Origin: Halarcobacter sp.
GTDB lineage: Bacteria > Campylobacterota > Campylobacteria > Campylobacterales > Arcobacteraceae
Length of the DNA: 64,000 nucleotides
Assembly (NCBI GenBank): GCA_963676565.1
Contig: OY781089.1
Span: 896,001-960,000, forward strand
Direction of reading: 5' to 3'
Shown: in pieces, positions 29,378 through 38,624 of the stretch
Position numbering within the stretch: position 1 is the stretch's first letter
How the letters are laid out: each line of letters starts with the position of its first letter
Notes under the pieces: model-generated
What the model was told of the DNA's origin: nothing
The model's database searches: none
The model's input: the letters and a program-made list of their open reading frames with translations, nothing else
Position numbers and translations under genes: made by a program

Positions 29378-30014
29378 TTAACTTCCTTTCTAAATATTTA
29401 CTATATTTTGTAAGTGGGAAACAAATTAAAAAATATAAAATTGCCACAAAAGTGAATACTTTAAATGGTTCAAAAGTTGCATTATTTAACATTGTCCCAG
29501 CTTTTGTAATTTCAACAAAGCCTATAATTGAAGCTAACGCTGTTCCTTTAACAACTTGAACAGAAAAGCCAACAGTTGGAGCAGTTGCTAATCTTACTGA
29601 TTGAGGAATTATCACATGAATCATTGTTTGATAATAGTTTAATCCCATAGTTTTTGCTGCTTCCCATTGTCCTTTGTCAACTGACTCAAGACAACCTCTC
29701 CAGATTTCAGTTAAAAAGGCACTAGTAAAAAGTGTTAATGCCAAACTAGCAGCTCCCCAAGCACCTAATTCTATGCCAATTAATGATAAACCAAAAAATG
29801 CAAGGAAAAGTTGCATAAGAAGGGGAGTTCCTTGAAAAACTTCCACATAGATTTGAATTAAAATTGTTAGAAATTTATTATTTGTCATTCTAAGAATTAA
29901 TAAAACACCAGCAACAATACCTCCACCAATAAATGCAATAATTGATAAAAGTACTGTCCATCTAGCTGCTAATAATAAGTTTTGAAATATATCAAAAGTA
30001 GTAAATTGTTCCAT
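29364..30014 (-). CDS. Polar amino-acid-type ABC transporter permease
   Basis: FQGTPLLMQLF, EIWRG..GQWEA, PQS.R, KGTALASIIG. Confidence 0.92.
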   Translation of the reverse strand: MEQFTTFDIFQNLLLAARWTVLLSIIAFIGGGIVAGVLLILRMTNNKFLTILIQIYVEVFQGTPLLMQLFLAFFGLSLIGIELGAWGAASLALTLFTSAFLTEIWRGCLESVDKGQWEAAKTMGLNYYQTMIHVIIPQSVRLATAPTVGFSVQVVKGTALASIIGFVEITKAGTMLNNATFEPFKVFTFVAILYFLICFPLTKYSKYLERKLNVSS

Positions 30015-30017
30015 TTT

Positions 30018-30680
30018 TTAACCTTTATTAAAAAGCTTATTACTTATAAAAGTCAAGATAAATCTTAATACAATTGCAAGTATAAGGTAAATTATTGTGA
30101 TGATAAAATAAGACTCAAAACTTAAAAAAGTTCTAGACTGTATGAAGTTAGCAGTGAAAGTAAGTTCTTCTACTGAGATTTGAGATAATACAGCAGAACC
30201 TAACATTACAATAATACATTGGCTAATTAGTGCAGGAGAAACTTTTTTCAAAGCTTGTGGTAAAACTATATGAAAAAAAATCTGAGACCATCTTAATCCT
30301 AGAGTCTTTCCTGCTTCCCATTGTCCTTTTGAAGTTGATTCAATTCCAGCTCTTATAATTTCAGTGGAATAAGCACCTAAATTTATAATCATAGCAATCA
30401 TGCCAGCTTCAAGTGCAGTTAATTTTATTCCCAATGAGGGTAAACCGAAAAATATAAAAAATAATTGAACAATAAAAGGGGTGTTTCTAATAACTTCAAC
30501 AAACCCTCCAATAAGGGTTTGCAAAAATTTATTTCTTCCAACCCTACATGCTGCTCCTAAAACCCCAACAGCTACACCTAATATGGTAGTAGCTGTTGTA
30601 ATTTCAATAGTTAATAATAAACCATTTATAATATTTTCATGGTATGGTAAAATTCCAGAAAAATCAAATTCATAATTCAT
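30018..30680 (-). CDS. Polar amino-acid-type ABC transporter permease
   Basis: RNTPFIVQLFFIFFGLP, AYSTEIIRAGI..GQWEA, MLGSAV.SQIS. Confidence 0.92.
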   Translation of the reverse strand: MNYEFDFSGILPYHENIINGLLLTIEITTATTILGVAVGVLGAACRVGRNKFLQTLIGGFVEVIRNTPFIVQLFFIFFGLPSLGIKLTALEAGMIAMIINLGAYSTEIIRAGIESTSKGQWEAGKTLGLRWSQIFFHIVLPQALKKVSPALISQCIIVMLGSAVLSQISVEELTFTANFIQSRTFLSFESYFIITIIYLILAIVLRFILTFISNKLFNKG

Positions 30681-30689
30681 TAATTACTC

Positions 30690-31469
30690 TTACAATTCTT
30701 TTGGTAAATCAATTTTTAACCATTTTTTAGATGTTTCATTTAATTTTCCATTTGATTTTAGTTCACTAATTAAACTATTTAAAAACTCTTTTAATTCAGG
30801 TTCTTTTTTATTGATTCCTACATAACAAGGTGAGTTTTTAATCATAAATTTTGTTTCAGGAGCAGTTTTAGGATACTTATTTGCTATTTCACTAATAATT
30901 AAATTTCCAGTTGCAATTAATTTAACCTGACCAGATACAAAAGCTGAAATTGTTGTGTTGTTATCCTCAAATCTTTTTAAAGTTGTTGTTGAATTAACTA
31001 ATTTACTAAGTTCTAAATCCTCAACAGAACCTCTTGTTACTCCAACTGTTTTGTCATTTAAATCTTTTACATCTGAAACTGCCATATCTTTAGTTCCAAA
31101 TACACCAAGGAAAAATGGTGCATAAGCATCAGAAAAGTCAATAACTTTTGCTCTCTCAGCATTTTTACCTAAACTTGAAATAATTAAATCAGCTTTTCCT
31201 GTTTTTAAATAAGGAATTCTATTTGCACTTGTTACTGGAATAAGTTCTAGTTTGACATTTAGTTTTTCAGCAATAAATTTTGCCATATCAACATCATAAC
31301 CTTGAACACTCATATCTTTTGAAGCAGAACCAAATGGAGGAAAATCTTGAGGAACAGCTACTTTAACAACACCAGCTGATTTGATATCTTCTAATTGATT
31401 TGCATTTAACAAACTTGTTGCAACTAAGGCACCCATAGCTAAAACTTTAATTAATGTTTTTTTAAACAT
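30690..31469 (-). CDS. Family-3 ABC substrate-binding protein (resembles hpx-cluster ureide transporters)
   Basis: AVPQDFPPFGS, GYDVDMA, PVTSANR.PYL, SSLGKN.ER.KVIDFS.AYAPFFLGVFG. Confidence 0.85.
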   Translation of the reverse strand: MFKKTLIKVLAMGALVATSLLNANQLEDIKSAGVVKVAVPQDFPPFGSASKDMSVQGYDVDMAKFIAEKLNVKLELIPVTSANRIPYLKTGKADLIISSLGKNAERAKVIDFSDAYAPFFLGVFGTKDMAVSDVKDLNDKTVGVTRGSVEDLELSKLVNSTTTLKRFEDNNTTISAFVSGQVKLIATGNLIISEIANKYPKTAPETKFMIKNSPCYVGINKKEPELKEFLNSLISELKSNGKLNETSKKWLKIDLPKEL

Positions 31470-31504
31470 TTTTAATCCTTAATATTGATGATTTTTCATA
31501 TAAA

Positions 31505-31527
31505 TTGTAAACAATGATTGTTGACAA
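31505..31527. promoter_or_regulatory. Tandem GntR-type operator (TTGTNNACAA x2)
   Basis: TTGTAAACAA-tga-TTGTTGACAA, 13-bp period, just upstream of the minus-strand ABC operon. Confidence 0.75.
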
Positions 31528-31717
31528 TTTATTAGATACATTGGAATATTAGATTAATTAGTTCATATAGTCAACAAAATTTTGTCTATTAAATAAACAT
31601 ATAAAATTGTATTTTTCTAATATTAATTGAAAGAATGACCTTTTTATGGAGCTTTAATCATTTGTAATTATTAATAGTCAATTAAAAATTTTTTCCTAAA
31701 TTATTTAATTGTATAAA

Positions 31718-31764
31718 TTGTAAACAATTATTGTAAACAATCATTGTAGACAATGTGCTAACAT
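31718..31764 (+). promoter_or_regulatory. Triple GntR-type operator plus extended -10
   Basis: TTGTAAACAA-tta-TTGTAAACAA-tca-TTGTAGACAA followed by TG-c-TAACAT. Confidence 0.8.
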
Positions 31765-31815
31765 GTTTTTCATGATTTATCAATGATAAATACTAATTAA
31801 AATTTAGGAGACGAA

Positions 31816-32985
31816 ATGAAAAGGTTTATGAAACTTAGTTTAGTAGCTGGGCTACTAAGTAGTACACTTTTAGCACAAGACACAATTAAAATTGGTTTTG
31901 TTGGGACGCTTTCTGGAGCAAATGCTGCATGGGGAACTTCAAATGTAAGATCAATGGAAACATCTGCAGATATTTATAACGCACAAGGCGGAGTTGAAAT
32001 TGGTGGAAAAAAATACAAAGTTGAAGTAATTCCATTTGATGATGCATATGATCCGAAAATTGCAGTTGCAGGTATGGAAAAAATGGCTCAAGAGCAAATC
32101 AAATATGTAATTGGACCAAATGATGATGCACAAGCAATTGCAGTTAGACCAATTGCTGAAAAAAATAAAATAGTATATTTCCCATATGCTTTTAATAAAA
32201 GTTTATATAAAAAACCAGCTAATTATGCAGTTTTTGGGATGATTGCTTCTTATCAATGGGAACCAGCAGTGTATAAATGGTTACAAGATAATAAAGATGT
32301 TAAAACTATCGCATTTCTTGCGGCAAATGCAGCTGACCCACTAAATCAAAGAGACAATGGTATTAAAATTGCCAAAGATTTAGGTTTAGATGTTGTTGAA
32401 GCAAAAGCTACATATAAAGCTGATACTAGAGATTTCTTCTCTGTAATTACTCCAGTTATCAAGAAAAAACCTGATTTATTAGTTCTTTCAGGAGTATCTC
32501 CTGCAACTGCACCGCTTATTATTAAAACTGCTAGACAATTAGGGTTTAAAGGTTTTATGGCAGCTGGAACTGCACTTGATGCTGGTATTTTAAAAGAGGG
32601 AGCAGGGGACGCTGCTAATGGATTTATTTGTCAAGGTGGAGCAGATGCTTCTATTCAATCTGAAGTTATGGAAAAATGGGTAGATACTTATACAAAGAAA
32701 TTTGGTGAGTATAATGATGAATCAAATACAAAAGTATTTGCTTTAGAATACATTTTAGAAGTTATGAAGTCAAATCCAAAAGCTATTAATGATGCCGATG
32801 AGTTCTTAAAAACTGTTGATTCAGGATGGGAAGCTCCAAATAAATTCTTCAAAGATAAAGATGCAAAACTTAAATTTGTAGGTACTACTACATTTGGACA
32901 AGATAGACAATTAGGTGTTCCATTAACTCCAAAAATCTATAAAGATGGGAAGTTCGAAACACTATTTGTTGGTTCTGCAGACTAA
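31816..32985 (+). CDS. Liv/HAAT-family ABC substrate-binding protein (probable allantoin/ureide)
   Basis: IKIGFVG.LSG..AAWG, N..GG..IGG, DD.YDP; heads operon with racemase. Confidence 0.85.
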   Translation: MKRFMKLSLVAGLLSSTLLAQDTIKIGFVGTLSGANAAWGTSNVRSMETSADIYNAQGGVEIGGKKYKVEVIPFDDAYDPKIAVAGMEKMAQEQIKYVIGPNDDAQAIAVRPIAEKNKIVYFPYAFNKSLYKKPANYAVFGMIASYQWEPAVYKWLQDNKDVKTIAFLAANAADPLNQRDNGIKIAKDLGLDVVEAKATYKADTRDFFSVITPVIKKKPDLLVLSGVSPATAPLIIKTARQLGFKGFMAAGTALDAGILKEGAGDAANGFICQGGADASIQSEVMEKWVDTYTKKFGEYNDESNTKVFALEYILEVMKSNPKAINDADEFLKTVDSGWEAPNKFFKDKDAKLKFVGTTTFGQDRQLGVPLTPKIYKDGKFETLFVGSAD

Positions 32986-32992
32986 TTTAAAA

Positions 32993-33012
32993 GGGGCATC
33001 AAGTGATGCCTC
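32993..33012 (+). terminator. Hairpin after substrate-binding gene (likely mRNA stabiliser/attenuator)
   Basis: GGGGCATCA-ag-TGATGCCTC. Confidence 0.5.
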
Positions 33013-33041
33013 GAACAATTAATTTTTTAGGAAAAGACTTT

Positions 33042-33914
33042 ATGGAACAAATATTACTTAATGGTTTAATCTCAGGCTCACAATATGCTTTAATTGCCCT
33101 TGGATTAACCCTTATTTTTTCACTTATGAGTATTCTTAATTTTGCCCATGGGCAGATGTATGTTTTAGGTGCCTTTGTTACTTATTATGTATATGGAAAA
33201 TTAGGATTACCTTTTATTGTAGCTGTTATTGCTTCAGGTTTAACGTTAGCACTAATAGGTGCGATATTCGAAAAATATCTTTTTAACACAGTTTTGAAAA
33301 GGTCAGTTAGGGAAGAAAGCTCAATGCTTTTGGCTGCTGGGACTGCTTTTTTTCTAGATGCTTTGATTTTAATTGTTTTTGGTGAAAAACAAAGAAGTGT
33401 TCCTGCCCTTGTAGATGGTGTATTTTGGGGTGAAGAATTTGGTTTAGATATTATCATTCCATACAATAGAGTTGTTATTGGGGTAATTGCAGTTGTAATG
33501 ATTGTTTCATTTATTTTGTTTATGCAATACTCAAAACCAGGTAGGGCAATGAGAGCCTTAGCTCAGGATAAAACAGCTGCTCAACTTATGGGAGTTGATT
33601 TAGATAGATATAGTTTAATTGGATTTGCACTTGGTGCAATGCTTGCGGGTGTTGCTGGAAGTTTACTTGTAACTATTACAGGTGTTAATTCAGGTATCGG
33701 TGGAGGTATTTCAATACAAGCCTTTACTATGATTATGATTGGTGGTGCTGGAGTAATTTCAGGTGCCATTTTAGGTGGATTTATCTTAGGATTAGTAGAG
33801 GCTTTTGGACTTTATTACTTACCTGGAGATATAACATATCTTACGATTTTTGTTGGTCTTATGATATTTTTAACTTTACGTCCACAAGGACTTATGGGTA
33901 AACCTTGGGGGTGA
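33042..33914 (+). CDS. Liv-type ABC permease (LivH-like)
   Basis: NGL..GS.YALIALGLTLIF....LNFAHG, GRAMRA.AQD..AA.LMG, RPQGL.G; start moved to ATG 33042. Confidence 0.9.
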   Translation: MEQILLNGLISGSQYALIALGLTLIFSLMSILNFAHGQMYVLGAFVTYYVYGKLGLPFIVAVIASGLTLALIGAIFEKYLFNTVLKRSVREESSMLLAAGTAFFLDALILIVFGEKQRSVPALVDGVFWGEEFGLDIIIPYNRVVIGVIAVVMIVSFILFMQYSKPGRAMRALAQDKTAAQLMGVDLDRYSLIGFALGAMLAGVAGSLLVTITGVNSGIGGGISIQAFTMIMIGGAGVISGAILGGFILGLVEAFGLYYLPGDITYLTIFVGLMIFLTLRPQGLMGKPWG

Positions 33915-33917
33915 TTT

Positions 33918-34883
33918 ATGGAAAATAAAAAATTTATAATACAAGTATCAATAGCATTAGTTTTTCTTCTAATTTTAATCCCTACAGTTTTGATTGCAAT
34001 GGGAAGAAATGATTATCTTTATGGAATAACATCAGTAGCAATTTTAGCAATGATTAGTTCAGGTGTTTGGTTAACTTTTTACATGGGAAGAATAAATATT
34101 GGACAAGGAGCTTATGCTTTAATTGGAGCATATACAACAGCTGTTTTAGTTACCCAATTGGAATTATCTTTTTGGATATCTATTTTTGTGGCCGGTTTTG
34201 TAGCGGCATTTTTTAGCATCTTAATTGGTTTGCCAATCTTAAGATTAAAAGGTGTTTATTTTTCAATGATTACTCTAACTTTAACAGAGGTTACAAAACT
34301 ACTAGCAATTGCATTAGTTCCTATTACAAATGGTCCTAGGGGAATTACAAATATTCCAGTTCCTGGTGAATTAAGTATTTTTGGACTAACAATTATTCCA
34401 GATTTTGCAACAATGGAAAATAGTAAAATTGGATTTTATTATCTTGCAGTTATTGCTATGATTATAACCTTTGCGATAATGTATAGATTAACAAAATCAA
34501 GAATGGGTATTCTGCTTAGATCCTTGCAACAAAATGAAGAGTTAGCTTCATCATTTGGGGTAAATATTGCGTACTTAAGGGTTATATCATATGCAATTGC
34601 TTCATTTTTTGGTGGAGTTGGTGGAGCTATATTTATAAACCTAACCCAATCAGTTTATCCAACAACTTTCCAAGTTGCTGATTCAATTAATTATATGCTT
34701 TATACATTTTTAGGTGGATTGGCATATGTCTTTGGACCTATTTTAGGAGCTTTTGTTTTATATTTTTCTTGGGATTTACTGTTTATTTTCAAAGAATATC
34801 AGTTATTAATTTATTCTGGAATTATGATTTTACTGATGATATTTTTACCAAATGGGATATTAAGTTTAAGGTTTAAAAAATGA
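33918..34883 (+). CDS. Liv-type ABC permease (LivM-like)
   Basis: GQGAY..IGAY, LRLKGVYF...TL, TNGPRG, LGGL....GP..GA, LPNGI. Confidence 0.9.
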   Translation: MENKKFIIQVSIALVFLLILIPTVLIAMGRNDYLYGITSVAILAMISSGVWLTFYMGRINIGQGAYALIGAYTTAVLVTQLELSFWISIFVAGFVAAFFSILIGLPILRLKGVYFSMITLTLTEVTKLLAIALVPITNGPRGITNIPVPGELSIFGLTIIPDFATMENSKIGFYYLAVIAMIITFAIMYRLTKSRMGILLRSLQQNEELASSFGVNIAYLRVISYAIASFFGGVGGAIFINLTQSVYPTTFQVADSINYMLYTFLGGLAYVFGPILGAFVLYFSWDLLFIFKEYQLLIYSGIMILLMIFLPNGILSLRFKK

Positions 34884-35662
34884 GAAAAAGAATTTTAGAA
34901 ATAAATAACCTAAGTAAAAAATTTGGTTCTTTATATGCAGTAAATGATGTAACCTTTGAAGTTTATGAAGGTGAAATTTTATCTGTAATTGGACCTAATG
35001 GAGCAGGTAAATCAACAACATTTAAACTAATCTCTTCATTTTTAAAACCAAGTTCTGGAGAGGTTGTTTTTAATGGTGAAAAAATATCAGGATTGAAACC
35101 ACACTTAGTGGCTAGAAAAGGGGTTGTAAGAACTTTCCAAGAGACAACAGTTTTTAAAAGTATGAGTGTTAGGGATAATATAATTATTGCCCATCAATTA
35201 CAAGCAAAATCAAATCTTTTAGGTTTTTTCTTTAATACAAAATTGGCAAAAGAAGATAATGAAAGATTTGGTAAGTCAGCCGATGAAATTATCGATTTTC
35301 TAGGACTTTCTGAAGTACGAGATGAATTAGCTTCTAATTTACCCCATGGATTATTAAGGGCTTTAGGTATTGCAAATGCTTTAGCTTGTAAACCAAAAAT
35401 ATTACTTCTTGATGAACCATTTGCAGGGATGAACCATGATGAAACAAGAAGATGTATGGATATGGTAAAACAGATTAAAAGTTCAGGAGTAACTGTATTA
35501 TTAGTTGAACATGATATGCCAGCAGTTATGGAAATATCAGACAGAATTGTAGTTATTAGTTTTGGAGAAAAAATAGCTGAAGGAAAACCAGCTGAAATCC
35601 AAAAAAATCCTAAAGTAATTGAAGCTTACTTAGGTGTAGAAGATGAAGAGTTAGGAATTTAA
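34880..35662 (+). CDS. Liv-type ABC ATP-binding protein (LivG-like)
   Basis: IGPNGAGKST, RTFQ, LPHG..R.L.IA, LLDEP.AG, VIEAYLG. Confidence 0.92.
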   Translation: MRKRILEINNLSKKFGSLYAVNDVTFEVYEGEILSVIGPNGAGKSTTFKLISSFLKPSSGEVVFNGEKISGLKPHLVARKGVVRTFQETTVFKSMSVRDNIIIAHQLQAKSNLLGFFFNTKLAKEDNERFGKSADEIIDFLGLSEVRDELASNLPHGLLRALGIANALACKPKILLLDEPFAGMNHDETRRCMDMVKQIKSSGVTVLLVEHDMPAVMEISDRIVVISFGEKIAEGKPAEIQKNPKVIEAYLGVEDEELGI

Positions 35663-35663
35663 A

Positions 35664-36383
35664 ATGGCATTATTAGAGTGTAAAGATTTAGAGATAAATT
35701 ACGACCAAGTTAGAGCTGTAAAAAAAGTAAACTTAAGTCTTGAAGAGGGTGAAACGATAACTTTAATTGGTGCAAATGGAGCTGGAAAATCTTCTATTTT
35801 AAAAGCAATTACAGGACTTAAAAAACCAAGTTCAGGAGAAGTTTTATTAAATGGTGAAAAGTTAAATGGATTAAGCCCATCTAAAATAGTTGAAAAGGGG
35901 ATTGCTATGACTCCTGAAGGAAGAAGAGTGTTTCCTTATATGAGCGTAAAAGATAACCTTTTAATGGGTGCCTTTACAAGAAAAGATAAAGATGGAATAA
36001 AAGAGGATTTAGAGAAAGTGCTTGATAAATTCCCAAGATTAAAAGAAAGATTTAAACAACAAGCAAGCACCATGAGTGGTGGCGAGCAACAAATGATGGT
36101 TATTGGACGTGCTTTAATGTCAAGACCAAAAATACTTCTTATGGATGAACCTAGTCTTGGTATTGCACCAAAATTAGTTCAAGATATTGCAAGATCAATT
36201 GTACAAATTAATAAAGAGGATAAAGTTTCTGTTATCTTAGTTGAACAAAACTCAAGAATGGCACTTAAAATTTCTAATAGAGCATATGCAATGCAATTAG
36301 GGGAGGTTTTATTAAGTGGAAACTCAAAGGACTTAATCCACGATGAAAGAATAATTGAATTGTATTTAGGAGGAACCCATTAA
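35664..36383 (+). CDS. Liv-type ABC ATP-binding protein (LivF-like)
   Basis: GANGAGKS, PEGRRVF, SGGEQQM, DEPSLG.AP, LVEQN. Confidence 0.92.
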   Translation: MALLECKDLEINYDQVRAVKKVNLSLEEGETITLIGANGAGKSSILKAITGLKKPSSGEVLLNGEKLNGLSPSKIVEKGIAMTPEGRRVFPYMSVKDNLLMGAFTRKDKDGIKEDLEKVLDKFPRLKERFKQQASTMSGGEQQMMVIGRALMSRPKILLMDEPSLGIAPKLVQDIARSIVQINKEDKVSVILVEQNSRMALKISNRAYAMQLGEVLLSGNSKDLIHDERIIELYLGGTH

Positions 36384-37081
36384 TGAAACTTGCAATAATA
36401 AATCCAAACTCAACAGAATCTATGACAAAAAAATGTGAAGAGGTTGCTTTAAAATTTAAAAATCCTGATACACAAATTTGGGCTTCAAATCCAAGTGATA
36501 GTCCTAAAAGTATTGAAGGTCATTTTGATGAGGTGAAATCTTTGATGGGATTAATGAGTGAAATCAAAAAAGCAAAAGAGTGGGGAGCAGATGCATATGT
36601 AATTGCTTGTTTTGATGACCCAGGATTAGAAGCTGCAAGGGAACTTGTAGATGGTCCAGTTATAGGTATTTGTGAAGCTGCTATGCATATGACTTCAATT
36701 GTCTCTTCTAGTTTTTCAGTTGTAACTACTTTAAATAGAGCCATTCCTATTATTGAAGAGTTAAGTCATAAATATGGTATGGATAAGTTTTGTAGAAAAG
36801 TAAGAGCTGCGAATATTCCAGTTTTAGCATTAGAAGATGGAACATGTAATGCAATGGAAAAAATAGAGAGTGAGATTTTAAAAGCAGTTAAAGAGGATAA
36901 TTGTGAAGCAATTATTTTAGGGTGTGCTGGAATGGCTGATTTAACAATTGAGTTATCAAAAAGATGTAATATCCCAGTAGTTGATGGTGTTTTATGTGCA
37001 ATTAAGATGGCTGAATCAATGGTTGGAGCAAAGCTTCAAACAAGTAAAATAAATTCATATGCTTATCCTATAGAAAAATAA
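36383..37081 (+). CDS. hpxA: Allantoin racemase (Asp/Glu/hydantoin racemase family)
   Basis: INPNST..MT, SIEGH.DE, IACF.DPGL.AARE, LGCAGM catalytic cysteines; context with puuE/alc. Confidence 0.85.
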   Translation: MKLAIINPNSTESMTKKCEEVALKFKNPDTQIWASNPSDSPKSIEGHFDEVKSLMGLMSEIKKAKEWGADAYVIACFDDPGLEAARELVDGPVIGICEAAMHMTSIVSSSFSVVTTLNRAIPIIEELSHKYGMDKFCRKVRAANIPVLALEDGTCNAMEKIESEILKAVKEDNCEAIILGCAGMADLTIELSKRCNIPVVDGVLCAIKMAESMVGAKLQTSKINSYAYPIEK

Positions 37082-37090
37082 AGTTTATAA

Positions 37091-37699
37091 ATGGGGTCAT
37101 TTTCAGAGTTTGTTTTATGGTTTGGGGTAATTTTTCCATTAGTTTTTAGTGCAGGCCCAGGAAATGTATTATGTGCAGTTTGTGGTGCAACAAATGGATT
37201 TAAAAATTCAATTCCTTTTATACTTGGATTAAATCTTGTTTATACCTTTTATTCTTTACTTGCTGGTTTTGGATTAGCTTCAATTTTAAACTCTTTTCCT
37301 AAACTGTTTTTTGTAATTCAACTTTTAGGTGTTGGGTATATTTTTTATCTTGCCTATAAGTTTTTAATAAGAAAAAATATTGAAAGAAAAGAGTCAAGAA
37401 CAAAATTAGGATTTAAAGATGGTGTAATATCCCAAGCATTAAATATAAAAGGGATTTCAATAGTTTTTACTATGTATTCTCAATTTTTAAATAAAGATGA
37501 GACTTTAGTTTATGAAGTTTTAACTCTTAGTTTAGCTTTATTGGTTTTAAATCTATTTACCCATATGACTTGGGTCTATGGTGGATCTTGGATAGCAAAA
37601 AAGTTTGCGTCCAATTATGCTATTGAGTTACAAAGTAAAGTTTTTGGTGTGTTATTGATGTTAATTGCCTTATGGTTACTGTTTCAATTATTTAATTAA
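37091..37699 (+). CDS. LysE/RhtB-family exporter
   Basis: S.GPGN, G..Y..YLA, F..G......N.KG; ~200 aa hydrophobic. Confidence 0.85.
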   Translation: MGSFSEFVLWFGVIFPLVFSAGPGNVLCAVCGATNGFKNSIPFILGLNLVYTFYSLLAGFGLASILNSFPKLFFVIQLLGVGYIFYLAYKFLIRKNIERKESRTKLGFKDGVISQALNIKGISIVFTMYSQFLNKDETLVYEVLTLSLALLVLNLFTHMTWVYGGSWIAKKFASNYAIELQSKVFGVLLMLIALWLLFQLFN

Positions 37700-37779
37700 T
37701 AGATTGTTTACAGAAACTAGAATGTAAATTATAATATAATAAATAAGTACAAAATGAAAAAAAGTGGGAGAAACTTTTA

Positions 37780-38463
37780 ATGGATAAAAATGATTTATTT
37801 ACTTTAGAAGATAATATAGTAAATTTTATATTTGATGCAATATTTACAAAAAAACTTCAACCAGGTACTAAATTATCAGAAAGTGTTTTAGCAAAAGAGT
37901 TAAACACAAGTAGGGATGTTGTAAGAAAAGCTTTTAGTAAACTACAAACTATGGGAATTTTGAGTTATAAAAAAAATCAAGGTTTTAATGTAGTTTGGAT
38001 TAGTGAAGAGAATGCAAAAGATATTTTTGCAACGAGAAAAATAATTGAAGCAGGTATTGTTGAGATTGTTACAAAAAGACATGAAAAAGAAAATTTAGAC
38101 CTATCAGGACTTTTGGAAAATATTGATACAGAAGAGTATCTAAAATTATCTCATAGAAATGGGGAATATGTTAAATCATCTTGTGATTTTCATTTAAATT
38201 TGGCTGCATTAAGTGAAAATGAGTTTTTAATTAATGCCCTAAAACCTCTAATCCCTTTAAGTATTCTTGCTGCTTTAATTTATGAAGATGAAAATACAGA
38301 GTTTTCTTCATATGATGAACATAGAGTTTTAATTGAGACAATTCAAAGTAATAATGTTACTAATGCAAAAAATGTTATGTCAGAACATTTAGATCATTGT
38401 CTTGATATTTTAGATTTTGATTTGGATACAATTAATAAAAAGAATAAATTTCTTTTTGCCTAA
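37780..38463 (+). CDS. GntR (FCD/FadR-type) transcriptional regulator
   Basis: L.PG.KLSE..LA..L..SR..VR.A wHTH; FH..LA..S.N, EH..LI..I, M..HL. Confidence 0.92.
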   Translation: MDKNDLFTLEDNIVNFIFDAIFTKKLQPGTKLSESVLAKELNTSRDVVRKAFSKLQTMGILSYKKNQGFNVVWISEENAKDIFATRKIIEAGIVEIVTKRHEKENLDLSGLLENIDTEEYLKLSHRNGEYVKSSCDFHLNLAALSENEFLINALKPLIPLSILAALIYEDENTEFSSYDEHRVLIETIQSNNVTNAKNVMSEHLDHCLDILDFDLDTINKKNKFLFA

Positions 38464-38486
38464 CTAAGTAGTTATATACTTAGTTA
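38461..38486 (+). terminator. Terminator-like hairpin after gntR
   Basis: TAACTAAGTA / TACTTAGTTA. Confidence 0.5.
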
Positions 38487-38537
38487 ATCTTACATTTCCT
38501 CTATTTTAAAAACAATTGTATAAAAAATAAACACAGA

Positions 38538-38571
38538 TTGTAGACAATCATTGTAGACAATCTGCTAGAAT
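38538..38571 (+). promoter_or_regulatory. Tandem GntR-type operator plus extended -10 upstream of puuE
   Basis: TTGTAGACAA-tca-TTGTAGACAA followed by TG-c-TAGAAT, same spacing as at 31744-31764. Confidence 0.8.
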
Positions 38572-38624
38572 TCTCTTATAAATAAATTAAGAAGTCTTTT
38601 TGGCTTTTTTTATGAGAGAAAAAA

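Noticed and set aside
31505..38560. TTGTNNACAA arrays as CRISPR repeats or iterons
   Set aside because: Units are 10 bp with 3-bp gaps, sit at promoters, and there are no cas or rep genes; an operator explanation fits better
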